Shown here: positions 18,712-26,876 of the stretch, in pieces | How positions within the stretch are numbered: the stretch's first letter is position 1 | Layout of the letters: every line of letters begins with the position of its first letter | Source of the DNA: Cellulophaga phage phi38:2 | Sequence record: KC821629.1 | DNA length: 32,000 nucleotides | Direction: 5' to 3' (one strand) | Notes under the pieces: model-generated | What the model saw: the letters and a program-made list of their open reading frames with translations, nothing else | What the model was told of the DNA's origin: nothing | Database searches by the model: none | Program-made: the position numbers and the translations under genes

Positions 18712-19421
18712 GTTGTGCCTCTATATTCCCAGATTTCTGTTATGTCTCTTTGAATTTTTAAAAATTCCTTAATTCTTTTTCTTAAATAGAACCAAAGCTT
18801 AGAATCTTCGTTCCAAAACTGCGTTCCGTTAATTTTACTCTTCTTAAAACTGATACTATCAACGCTATAGAAAGGAAACATCTTTAACCCGTCAAAGCTG
18901 CTATACCCTAGAGCGTGCGTTTTAACGTTGTCTTTCAATACATCGAATACTTCGCATAAGAATTTTCTTTTAACGTACTCATGCGTATCATTTGCTGGTG
19001 AAATACCTATGTAGTCAGATGTTTCAACAAACTTATGTAGCCATTTAATGTTATCGCCATAATGATAAACTGGCATAACATTTTTTAAGTGCTGCTTTAG
19101 ATACAGATAATTTTCATACCCTTGCTCACAACATTTATCAATATCTTCTTGACTTGAGCCTGTTTCAGGGATGACATCAAGATTAATGTAAGTCCATTCC
19201 TCGGGTAAACTTTTGCAGAATTCAAGGTATTCATCTATATCAATACTACCTCCTTTATTCCATACTGAGAAAGCTCCTGAATCAATAATAATTTCATTGT
19301 AATCAGATATCATCTTAGGTGCTTCCTTTGCGTCAACAGCAAATGAGAGTAAGAAATTAGTAGCGCCTAACTCCTTAAGCATATCGTAAGCTCTAGCTGA
19401 AGAACTGAAAAAATATTTCAT
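18699..19421 (-). CDS. dpdA: DpdA-like DNA 7-deazaguanine transglycosylase (small type)
   Basis: 240 aa; EIIIDSGAFSVWNKG, WTYINLDVIP, VMPVYHYGD, YIGISPAND, THALGYSSFDGLKMFPFYSVDSISF; located among queF/queC/queD/queE. Confidence 0.8.
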   Translation of the reverse strand: MKYFFSSSARAYDMLKELGATNFLLSFAVDAKEAPKMISDYNEIIIDSGAFSVWNKGGSIDIDEYLEFCKSLPEEWTYINLDVIPETGSSQEDIDKCCEQGYENYLYLKQHLKNVMPVYHYGDNIKWLHKFVETSDYIGISPANDTHEYVKRKFLCEVFDVLKDNVKTHALGYSSFDGLKMFPFYSVDSISFKKSKINGTQFWNEDSKLWFYLRKRIKEFLKIQRDITEIWEYRGTTWNK

Positions 19422-19430
19422 ATTGTTGTT

Positions 19431-20084
19431 TTAAAATAAATTTACTTGATTATCTTTCTCCTCGTTAATTGTGAATACTTTTTGCTTTGGTATGGGTCTG
19501 TTCGTTTTCTTTAAAAAACTAACAACTTTTTCTAGAAGAGGTGCTTTCTTATTAAACTTTGAAACGATATCAAGAAGCTCTTGCAAAAGCTCAACATCTC
19601 GTAAATATTTCTTTAAATTGAAATCTTTCATTTCACATAAAGCTCCACGTTCACCATCAATTCTCATCATTGCCCAACCCCTGCCAAACAGTTTATTCAT
19701 CAAATAAGTCTTATCTTTTTTAACTAAGAACTTATTCAATTCAAATTCACAACTGAAAGGATTTGAAACGTGAATACCGCATCTACCATCTTCTTTGTTC
19801 AAGAATTCGCACTTTGAGTCAGGATTTTCAGTTTGGTAATTCGTGTAGACTGTAGCTCCGTTCACAATTCTTTTCTTAAATTTATGAACTAAGTGTGGAT
19901 ATGTTTCTTTAAACTTCTCCCAACGCTCTCCTTCAAAATAATCCAAGGAAAATTTAGGGCAACACCCGCCGCAATGTGACGGGCAAGAATAGTCCCTAAA
20001 AAACATTGGCGACAAAATCAATTGTTCGTTGTTGACTGCTTTAATGTAATCATCTATTTTATTTAAACTATCTCTTTGCGCCAT
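19431..20084 (-). CDS. YkgJ-type Cys-cluster (metal-chelating) protein ending in QVNLF
   Basis: 217 aa; CPSHCGGCCPKF, CEFLNKEDGRCGIHVSNPFSCEFE cysteine pattern. Confidence 0.7.
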   Translation of the reverse strand: MAQRDSLNKIDDYIKAVNNEQLILSPMFFRDYSCPSHCGGCCPKFSLDYFEGERWEKFKETYPHLVHKFKKRIVNGATVYTNYQTENPDSKCEFLNKEDGRCGIHVSNPFSCEFELNKFLVKKDKTYLMNKLFGRGWAMMRIDGERGALCEMKDFNLKKYLRDVELLQELLDIVSKFNKKAPLLEKVVSFLKKTNRPIPKQKVFTINEEKDNQVNLF

Positions 20085-20136
20085 GTTTTTTTGTTTTAAC
20101 TGAATTAATCAGCTGCAATGCAGCTGATTAATCTTA

Positions 20137-20538
20137 TTATAATTTGCCTTCTTGACAAGTTGTTGAGAAACCTCCTCTAACGTTGTATTTTGTTTTAACA
20201 ATGATAGCATCAGTTTCAAGGATTTTAGCTAAATCTTGGTAAATAGTTTTAGTACATCCTTCTTGGTAAAGTCCTACGTTTCTAAATGAAGTAAGGTAGT
20301 ACTTTAAACTTTTCAACTCAATACATTTACCTCCTCTAGGTCTGTAAACGATTGTTAATTCAGCGATATCTGGTAGTCCGCTAAATGGACAAACCGCTGA
20401 AAACTCAGGAGTGAAAGTTTCAATTAATTGTTCCGAGGAATCAAAATCGAAAGTTTTTAGCTCTTGTGTCATGATTTTTTCTACGCCATCAAACGCGAAA
20501 ACTTTGCCGCTGGCTTCTTGATTTACTGCTGGATCCAT
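20137..20538 (-). CDS. queF: QueF-like NADPH-dependent 7-cyano-7-deazaguanine reductase
   Basis: 133 aa; AVCPFSGLPDIAELTIVYRPRGGKCIELKSLKYYLTSFRNVGLYQEGCT matches unimodular QueF; internal MTQELKTF start (20472) possible. Confidence 0.88.
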   Translation of the reverse strand: MDPAVNQEASGKVFAFDGVEKIMTQELKTFDFDSSEQLIETFTPEFSAVCPFSGLPDIAELTIVYRPRGGKCIELKSLKYYLTSFRNVGLYQEGCTKTIYQDLAKILETDAIIVKTKYNVRGGFSTTCQEGKL

Positions 20539-20539
20539 A

Positions 20540-21148
20540 CTATTTCTTTTTTATGTTTAAATAAGAGATTAATTTGTTTTTTTTCTTCCCGTCAACTACA
20601 GTTGAGATACTAGCTCCAGGATATCCGTCTGAGAATTTTGAATGACTAACAATTAAGCCTTCAGTCTCTTTTTTAGTTTTGTAATCGATAAAAGTGATTT
20701 TATCGCCTTTTTCAAAGTTTTTCTTAGCTTCTTCAATCTCCTTCATTTTTTTTACTTTGTAAGGATATTCGCCAGTAGCTACAGGAGCTTTCTTCTTAGC
20801 TTCTTTAGCTACTGGAGCTTCTTTAGCTACTGGAGCTTCTTTCTTAGCTTCTTTAGCTACTGAAGCTTCTTTCTTAGCTTCTTTAGCTACTGGAGCTTCT
20901 TTCTTAGCTTCTTTAGCTACTGGAGCTTTCTTCTTAGCTTCTTTAGCTACAGGAGCTTCTTTCTTAGCTACTACAGCTTTCTTAGCTACTGGAGCTTTCT
21001 TAGCTACTACAGCTTTCTTCTTAGCTACTACAGCTTTCTTCTTAGCTACTACAGCTTCTTCTTTTTTCTCGCTTTCCATCTTTTTTGGATTTGAATTATT
21101 TGTATTCATTTTTACTATTTTTCCTTCTGATTTATTCCAATTTGCCAT
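20540..21148 (-). CDS. histone H1-like Lys/Ala/Pro repeat protein
   Basis: 202 aa; repeated AVVAKKK and PVAKEAKKEA, C-terminal non-repetitive domain. Confidence 0.7.
   Translation of the reverse strand: MANWNKSEGKIVKMNTNNSNPKKMESEKKEEAVVAKKKAVVAKKKAVVAKKAPVAKKAVVAKKEAPVAKEAKKKAPVAKEAKKEAPVAKEAKKEASVAKEAKKEAPVAKEAPVAKEAKKKAPVATGEYPYKVKKMKEIEEAKKNFEKGDKITFIDYKTKKETEGLIVSHSKFSDGYPGASISTVVDGKKKNKLISYLNIKKK
20772..21062 (-). repeat. tandem repeats (30-bp PVAKEAKKEA-type and 21-bp AVVAKKK-type)
   Basis: direct reading of repeated ttcttagcttctttagctactggagc. Confidence 0.85.
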
Positions 21149-21184
21149 GATGTTTTTTTTGTTTTTTAATTGTTATCTACTCAG

Positions 21185-21225
21185 CAAATATACAAGAACA
21201 TATTGGTTATGCAAAACTTTTTGCA
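21185..21225 (-). promoter_or_regulatory. Bacteroidetes-type promoter with palindromic operator
   Basis: TGCAAAAAGTTTTGCA (21225-21210), TTTTG-N19-TATATTTG (-7 box 21192-21185). Confidence 0.8.
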
Positions 21226-21237
21226 AAAAAAAGCAAA

Positions 21238-21423
21238 TTATTTTTCCTCAGGAAATGACTTGTAATACAAATCATCAGGAATCTCAAGCTCTTCAAGCTG
21301 TTCTCTAAACAAAACATCTTCTTTTTTAAAAGTCTTAATATCCCCTTCACAGTCTAGACAAAGGGTTTTTTTAGTTTCAAACAATAACTTTGCTTGAATT
21401 ACAATTCCTTCACCTTGTTCCAT
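21238..21423 (-). CDS. small protein with CLDCEG motif
   Basis: 61 aa ORF; abuts folE. Confidence 0.45.
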   Translation of the reverse strand: MEQGEGIVIQAKLLFETKKTLCLDCEGDIKTFKKEDVLFREQLEELEIPDDLYYKSFPEEK

Positions 21424-22082
21424 TACTTAGTATTTAGAAACTCGTTTCTAGTTTCATGTTCGTTTCTAAACGCACCACTCAACTTTCTAGTTGTCGTCCA
21501 ACAATTCTTATCTTCAATACCTCTAGCTTTTACACAATGATGAATAGCACGTATTTCAACAGCTACATTTTCAGTTTGCAAAATAATACACAGAGCGGCA
21601 TGGATTTGCAAAGTCAACCTTTCTTGCACTTGTGGTCGCTTACTAAAAAATCTAACAATTCTATTCATTTTAGAAAGTCCCAATACGGTGTTTCCAGGTA
21701 TGTAAGCTACTTTCGCTTGTCCTTCAATGTTTTGAAAATGATGCTCACAGACACTACTCACATCTATGCCTCCTTCAATAACCATTTCATCAGCTCTCAT
21801 CTTATTTTCAATTTGAGTACAAGAAGGAAAGTTGGCGTAGTCAAGTCCTTCAAATATTTCGTTGACGAACATCTTAGCGTATCTAGATGGAGTTTCTTTT
21901 AAGCTGTCATCATCAAGGTTTAAATTAAGAGCTTGCATTATTACTTGAAAGCTATCTGATATAACATTGATTTTTTCAGCTTGCGAGCTGATTAACTCAG
22001 TCTCACTGTGAAAAGGAGTTTCAATTCCTAATTCAACAAGTCTTTGGTGGATGTGCTGTCCTAGCGTCGGATCTTTTTTCAT
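21423..22082 (-). CDS. folE: GTP cyclohydrolase I
   Basis: 219 aa; SVCEHHFQNIEGQAKVAYIPG, VLGLSKMNRIVRFFSKRPQVQERLT, HHCVKARGI. Confidence 0.93.
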   Translation of the reverse strand: MKKDPTLGQHIHQRLVELGIETPFHSETELISSQAEKINVISDSFQVIMQALNLNLDDDSLKETPSRYAKMFVNEIFEGLDYANFPSCTQIENKMRADEMVIEGGIDVSSVCEHHFQNIEGQAKVAYIPGNTVLGLSKMNRIVRFFSKRPQVQERLTLQIHAALCIILQTENVAVEIRAIHHCVKARGIEDKNCWTTTRKLSGAFRNEHETRNEFLNTK

Positions 22083-22087
22083 AATGT

Positions 22088-22204
22088 TTATTCTGATAAT
22101 TTGATATTTATTCTGTGAAATTGTTCATCTGTTATTACGTGAATGTTTTTACATCTAATATAAAGCCATTCGTAAAATCTATTAAGCTCGTTGATGTTTT
22201 CCAT
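22088..22204 (-). CDS. possible 38-aa ORF MENINELNRFYEWLYIRCKNIHVITDEQFHRINIKLSE
   Basis: hand-translated from the gap upstream of folE. Confidence 0.35.
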   Translation of the reverse strand: MENINELNRFYEWLYIRCKNIHVITDEQFHRINIKLSE

Positions 22205-22216
22205 AATTGCAAATTA

Positions 22217-22372
22217 TTAACCTACGATATTCAACATAAGACTTTCAGTTCTCCCACAAGCCTTATAATATATAACTTCTTTTTTAGTATCTGATATATC
22301 ATTTACTAAATCATAAATACCTAAATTTAAAGCTTCTAGTAAATTACTGTTTGATATTGTATGTGATTGCAT
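22217..22372 (-). CDS. possible 51-aa ORF MQSHTISNSNLLEALNLGIYDLVNDISDTKKEVIYYKACGRTESLMLNIVG
   Basis: hand-translated; begins directly downstream of a strong promoter copy. Confidence 0.45.
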   Translation of the reverse strand: MQSHTISNSNLLEALNLGIYDLVNDISDTKKEVIYYKACGRTESLMLNIVG

Positions 22373-22403
22373 AATATTGTTTTTTTAATTGTTATCTACT
22401 CAG

Positions 22404-22444
22404 CAAATATATGAAAACATATTGGTTATGCAAAACTTTTTGCA
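22404..22444 (-). promoter_or_regulatory. Bacteroidetes-type promoter with palindromic operator
   Basis: TGCAAAAAGTTTTGCA (22444-22429), TTTTG-N19-TATATTTG (-7 box 22411-22404). Confidence 0.8.
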
Positions 22445-22461
22445 AAAAAAAGCAAATTATT

Positions 22462-23688
22462 TTAAAACGGCACATCATCTTCATCAGTAATTGTCTTGCC
22501 AGCACTTGCTCCTATTGCAGGAGACGGCGTATCATCAACGTTCTCGCTTCCATGGTACTTGACATAATAATTTTGTATTCCATTGCTCATCTTTTTGTTA
22601 ACAGCGTGCTTGCTTAGCGCTTTACCTAAAGGAGAAGCTCTCATCTTATTATTAAAAGATGGAACGTTAAGAATTATTTTTTGCATAATCTCAGAAGTAG
22701 ATAAAGGCTGTGATTTCTTTTTCTTAACCGGAAAAGTAAAGTACCTTAATAAAAGCTCTTCTTCTATGCTCATTGACCTAAACTCTTCATTTTGATTATT
22801 TATCTCTTTAATCTCATCAGTATCAAACCAATGTCTATATCCTTCTTTGTAAAGATGAAAAACCTGTGCCCATAACTTATTTGAATTGAGACCATGCATG
22901 TAATTAATATCATTAACTTTAAATACTAACCATCTTCTGTTTCCTGTAATATCGCTCAAGAACTTGTCTTCGTTAACAGAACCCAGGAAACTTGCTCTTC
23001 TCGAAAAGTGAGAAGTGTATCTTCCAAAAGCTTTTCTAGCTGATATACGTTGTCTAGTTATATATGATTTAATAGCTCCAATATCGTTACTCTTTAATGT
23101 TTCAAGTTCATCTAAATGTATAAACCAATACTGACTTAAATATATAGTATGGTCTTTGTTCCTAGTGTCTATGTTTCCTTCATAAAGATACTCAGACTGA
23201 AATTGCTTTGGCAACAAAGAACGCATCCATCTGGTCTTACCTACACCTTGCTTTGATTGAAACACTAAACAAACATCATTCACTGAATCTGTATTAAGCA
23301 AGCAATCAAGAGTACCAACTAAGAAACGCTCCAAAGTGCTTCTAAAATATTTCGGATTATCTGTTTTAATAGTATCAGCAAACTTACCAATATAATCAAC
23401 TCCTTCATCCCACTTCTTTAAATCGTCAAAGTATTCTTCAAAAGGATTGTAATCCGGCGAAAAATCCATGGACTCTATGAATATGTTTACTTTATCAGTA
23501 GCTACTTCTATATGCTCTTGCATAAGCTCAAGCAGTATAGAATTCTTTACTCTATCGTCATATTTTTCCCACTTTAGTTTTTTCTTCTTTTTAGAAAATT
23601 CGTAGAAACTAGTAACAACATTGAAACGAAAAACATACTTTGAAGAAATATAGTTGAATGCATTACTATTTTTCCCGTTGAATTTCAT
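22462..23688 (-). CDS. VirE/D5-type replicative helicase (P-loop) with SSB-like C-terminal tail
   Basis: 408 aa; FQSKQGVGKTRWMRSLL, IHLDELE, RRASFLGSVNEDKFLSDITGNRRWLVF; C-terminus TDEDDVPF. Confidence 0.8.
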   Translation of the reverse strand: MKFNGKNSNAFNYISSKYVFRFNVVTSFYEFSKKKKKLKWEKYDDRVKNSILLELMQEHIEVATDKVNIFIESMDFSPDYNPFEEYFDDLKKWDEGVDYIGKFADTIKTDNPKYFRSTLERFLVGTLDCLLNTDSVNDVCLVFQSKQGVGKTRWMRSLLPKQFQSEYLYEGNIDTRNKDHTIYLSQYWFIHLDELETLKSNDIGAIKSYITRQRISARKAFGRYTSHFSRRASFLGSVNEDKFLSDITGNRRWLVFKVNDINYMHGLNSNKLWAQVFHLYKEGYRHWFDTDEIKEINNQNEEFRSMSIEEELLLRYFTFPVKKKKSQPLSTSEIMQKIILNVPSFNNKMRASPLGKALSKHAVNKKMSNGIQNYYVKYHGSENVDDTPSPAIGASAGKTITDEDDVPF

Positions 23689-23883
23689 TTATTTCTTTTT
23701 GGGTTGTTTTATTTGATGTTTTAAGCTTTGGTTGAATTGATTTTCAGTAATCTCCTCAACTACATTTTTTCTACTAACAACCCAAAATTTAAAATTATTA
23801 TTAGTGGTAATAAGCTTTCTTCCGTCTTTTAAAATAAATTCTTTTTCAACACTCTTCTCTTTAATAAAATTACCGTATTTCAT
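23689..23883 (-). CDS. hypothetical small basic protein
   Basis: 64 aa ORF abutting the VirE-like gene. Confidence 0.45.
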   Translation of the reverse strand: MKYGNFIKEKSVEKEFILKDGRKLITTNNNFKFWVVSRKNVVEEITENQFNQSLKHQIKQPKKK

Positions 23884-23906
23884 AATTGTAAATTTTGAGT
23901 TATTTT

Positions 23907-24929
23907 TTATTCAATATAATTATCAGCGATATTGATTATTTTTTCAATTTTCTCGTCAATGTTGTGCTCTTGTTTAAAGTTTGCGAAATTGCGCTTCACC
24001 TGCTGCTGCTTAACTGAAAATCGTTGCTCAGCATCATTGCCAAGATATTTATGAATAGCTTCAGTGCATAAGTTTCTAGCTATTTGAGGAAGTGTCACGA
24101 TTACGTTAGCCTCACACTTTCTTTCACCTACGTTTTTTAAGTAGTCTTGAACATAGCTCATACTAAAATTTTTATGAGTAGGTGATGCTAAGTTTTTGTT
24201 TCCACCTGTAATTAAATTATCAATCCAAGTGAATTTGTTTTTCATTATAAAATCGTAGTTTAATCCAAACCTGTCAATTATTAAGTTTTCAGGGTCATAT
24301 CCTTCAACATCATCTTCCCAAGTTATGTTATTTAAGTCAGATAAATTTTTTCTTAAAAACTCACTAATTCTTAATCCATCAGGGTCGTGGTCACCGCAGT
24401 AAAGCAAAACACACTTCAAGCCCTGGTCTTCAGCTTCTTTGAATCTTCTAGCGTATTCAGCACGCTGTAACATTGATGACCAACCTTTGCTATTTGCTAT
24501 CGGGATTTTATATTTTCTACATACTGGCTCAAATAAGCTAATTAAATCGACTTTCTCAACAACCATTTGGATGTAATAAGTTTCATCTTTCCACCAGTTA
24601 ACATCGTAGTTACTGTCGCAATTTAAAGACCAATCTAGCCATTGCGCAAATTTTTCGTATATTGTTCTTCTGTCAGCTTCAACAATGCCTTCAAACTCTC
24701 TAGCTTTTTCCTCAGCCACAAAATCAATAGGAAGGAATCCTTTTTTTCTGCAATTGTTAATAAGAGTATTAACTTTATCAAATTGACTCTTATCAATCAT
24801 ACCTTGCTGTTCCATTATATAAGCCCATCCTCTTGAGCTTAATTTAAAACCAACTGTTCTGCTTAGCTGCATTAGAGTGTCTGAAAACTTAATCAGCTCT
24901 TTGTCGTTGTATCTAGCTTTTAATTCCAT
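23907..24929 (-). CDS. Toprim-like protein (GDHDPDG motif)
   Basis: CVLLYCGDHDPDGLRISEFLRKNL resembles Toprim/TopoVI-A-like Asp motif; ORF track start 24950 uses GTG, ATG at 24929 (MELKARYN) more likely. Confidence 0.55.
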   Translation of the reverse strand: MELKARYNDKELIKFSDTLMQLSRTVGFKLSSRGWAYIMEQQGMIDKSQFDKVNTLINNCRKKGFLPIDFVAEEKAREFEGIVEADRRTIYEKFAQWLDWSLNCDSNYDVNWWKDETYYIQMVVEKVDLISLFEPVCRKYKIPIANSKGWSSMLQRAEYARRFKEAEDQGLKCVLLYCGDHDPDGLRISEFLRKNLSDLNNITWEDDVEGYDPENLIIDRFGLNYDFIMKNKFTWIDNLITGGNKNLASPTHKNFSMSYVQDYLKNVGERKCEANVIVTLPQIARNLCTEAIHKYLGNDAEQRFSVKQQQVKRNFANFKQEHNIDEKIEKIINIADNYIE

Positions 24930-24946
24930 AATAAATGTTTTAATAA

Positions 24947-25017
24947 GCACTTTTAAAGCGGGGGCGTAGATACAAACAATATAGGGAAAGTTTAATAAAC
25001 CCGCTTTAAAATTGTGC
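24947..25017 (-). promoter_or_regulatory. long inverted repeat in 5' leader
   Basis: TTTTAAAGCGGG (24951-24962) and CCCGCTTTAAAA (25000-25011), with outer gcac/gtgc pairing. Confidence 0.65.
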
Positions 25018-25081
25018 TATAATTTTTTTATGTACTTGCAATATTATCTAAGTATCTACGTCTGCAAATATATATAAAAAT

Positions 25082-26101
25082 CTAAGAAATAATATAATTT
25101 TTATTTATTTTTTTCTTAGCTGCTTTCTTAGCTGCTTTCTTAGCTGCTTTCTTTTCCTCCTTAGTTAATTCCTTGGACTCTTCGTTTTTGCTGCTCTTAG
25201 CTGCTTTCTTCTGCTTCTTAGAAGACTCTACTACTTCCTCTTCAACTACATCCGTTTCATTTACAGCTTTAACGACTGAATCTGTAGCTCTCTCAATAAA
25301 TGTAATGATATTGTTCACTATTTCAGATTCCTTCATTTTAGCATTAGCTGAAACTGGCATCTTGTGCTTGTTGATGTGCTTGATTAAGCCTTTAGCAGAC
25401 ATTCCTGATAAATGCTCTTCATACTCCTCAACATCATCAAACTCCTCAACAGCTTGCATCACTAAAGCTAAATCATATTCAGGTAATTCAGGCTCCCCCG
25501 CTTCTTCAGCTTCAGCTTCTTCTTCAGCTTCAACACTTTCAAGAGCGTCAACAATTAACTTAACAATTTCATCAGTTTCAAGTCCTTTAACTGAAATTTC
25601 TGATAAAGCTGGGTCATCATTAATAAACTCCTTAAGCTCTTTCTTAGTCATTTCACTTAAAGACTCAACAAGAGTAGGTTCGTTTTCAGTTTCCTCCTCT
25701 TCTTCAACTGTACTGCCTTCTTCGATTTTAGCAAGAATTTCGTCGTTAATCTCTTCAACGATTTGCTCAACAAAATAAACTTTTCCCGCAGATGCGTCTT
25801 TCATAACTAACGTGGCAGCTACTAAAGCTTTCCCAAAAATTCTAGGTCTTAGCGTTAAATCGCCGTTTCCTTCAATAGCTACCACAGCTTCCATGACGTC
25901 TTTATTTGTCATAAATGTTGCAGTAGTTGAATCTTCTTTAGCGAAGATAACATGCTTTAGAACTAACTCTTCTTCAAGGTTTGAAGCGTTTGATTTTTTA
26001 GCAATCAGCTTTTTTTCTATTGCAGTTGCGAAAGCGCCCAAGATTTGTTGGTCTTGTAATACTTCAACAATTGCATTTTTCAATTCGTCTTTACTCGGCA
26101 T
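25082..26101 (-). CDS. acidic hypothetical protein with SAP/HeH-like motifs and AAKKAAKK tail
   Basis: 339 aa; SEMTKKELKEFI and SGMSAKGLIKHI repeats; KKAAKKAAKKAAKKK C-terminus. Confidence 0.65.
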   Translation of the reverse strand: MPSKDELKNAIVEVLQDQQILGAFATAIEKKLIAKKSNASNLEEELVLKHVIFAKEDSTTATFMTNKDVMEAVVAIEGNGDLTLRPRIFGKALVAATLVMKDASAGKVYFVEQIVEEINDEILAKIEEGSTVEEEEETENEPTLVESLSEMTKKELKEFINDDPALSEISVKGLETDEIVKLIVDALESVEAEEEAEAEEAGEPELPEYDLALVMQAVEEFDDVEEYEEHLSGMSAKGLIKHINKHKMPVSANAKMKESEIVNNIITFIERATDSVVKAVNETDVVEEEVVESSKKQKKAAKSSKNEESKELTKEEKKAAKKAAKKAAKKKINKNYIIS

Positions 26102-26153
26102 TTTATATAATTTAAAAATTTTGCTTACTTGTTTAAGGCGTCAGCTTTCCTTT

Positions 26154-26336
26154 TTATTTTAAAGAGTAAACTATTACAAAAACATTAATACAAAAAGAAA
26201 ATATAAGCATAACAGCAACGAAAGCGAAATACCTATTTTGTCTATTAACTTCTCTTTTTAAACCCATTAAACTAACGTGGTTTCCATAAGAATCTTCTTC
26301 TAATTGAATTATTCTCTGTTTATTACTTTTTACCAT
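26154..26336 (-). CDS. small membrane protein
   Basis: 60 aa; one hydrophobic segment FAFVAVMLIFSFCINVFVIVY. Confidence 0.5.
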   Translation of the reverse strand: MVKSNKQRIIQLEEDSYGNHVSLMGLKREVNRQNRYFAFVAVMLIFSFCINVFVIVYSLK

Positions 26337-26337
26337 T

Positions 26338-26628
26338 TTATTTGTTTTTAAGTGTGTCAGTTAAATTTATAGCGAACTTAAAAGCTTCATCAGCCTCTTT
26401 AGTTATGTGAATAGTTTTGTTAGTACTAATTAACCAATACCTTAATTTCAACTTAACTTTAAATAAGTTAGTTCTTGAGCAGAAATGAACAACTACCTCG
26501 TTATCTTCTTTGTGTAGCTTAGTAATTTTTCTTCTAAAAAAAGCAATACTTGAATCATCGTTTTTTACCATTGATTCAATTAAGCATGCTGAATAAAATT
26601 TAATCTTAAAGTATTTAATTAGTTTCAT
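26338..26628 (-). CDS. hypothetical protein
   Basis: 96 aa ORF in tight - strand array. Confidence 0.55.
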   Translation of the reverse strand: MKLIKYFKIKFYSACLIESMVKNDDSSIAFFRRKITKLHKEDNEVVVHFCSRTNLFKVKLKLRYWLISTNKTIHITKEADEAFKFAINLTDTLKNK

Positions 26629-26876
26629 TTTTCTAGAGTTATTACATTAAACAAACAATCGTTATCCTTAGCTAACGTTCTTAGCGTGTTTTCAACTACA
26701 CGACTAAGCCACTGAGAAGTTACGAATATATTTTCATGCGTTGTTAGTGCGATTACAACACTTTCAGGTAGATTTGAATGCAAAGAGCTGTTTAATTCAA
26801 GACTATTTCTTACGCTTGCTCTTAACAACGTCTTGCCGCTTGCTTGGTCTCCTACTAGGTAATATATCTTTTTCAT
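26625..26876 (-). CDS. small P-loop protein
   Basis: 83 aa; YYLVGDQASGKTLL Walker A. Confidence 0.55.
   Translation of the reverse strand: MKKIYYLVGDQASGKTLLRASVRNSLELNSSLHSNLPESVVIALTTHENIFVTSQWLSRVVENTLRTLAKDNDCLFNVITLEK

Noticed and set aside
20772-21062. Possible CRISPR array from regularly spaced repeats
   Set aside because: The repeats are contiguous coding repeats with no unique spacers; they encode PVAKEAKK/AVVAKKK.
24947-25017. Known preQ1 riboswitch in the leader hairpin
   Set aside because: The sequence does not resemble the class I preQ1 aptamer that I can recall, and the downstream gene is Toprim-like rather than a queuosine gene.
25173-26162. Two long + strand ORFs (201 and 116 aa) antisense to 25082..26101
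   Set aside because: The Ser/Thr-rich translation is the reverse complement of the acidic/Lys-rich gene's biased codons; no independent evidence of coding.
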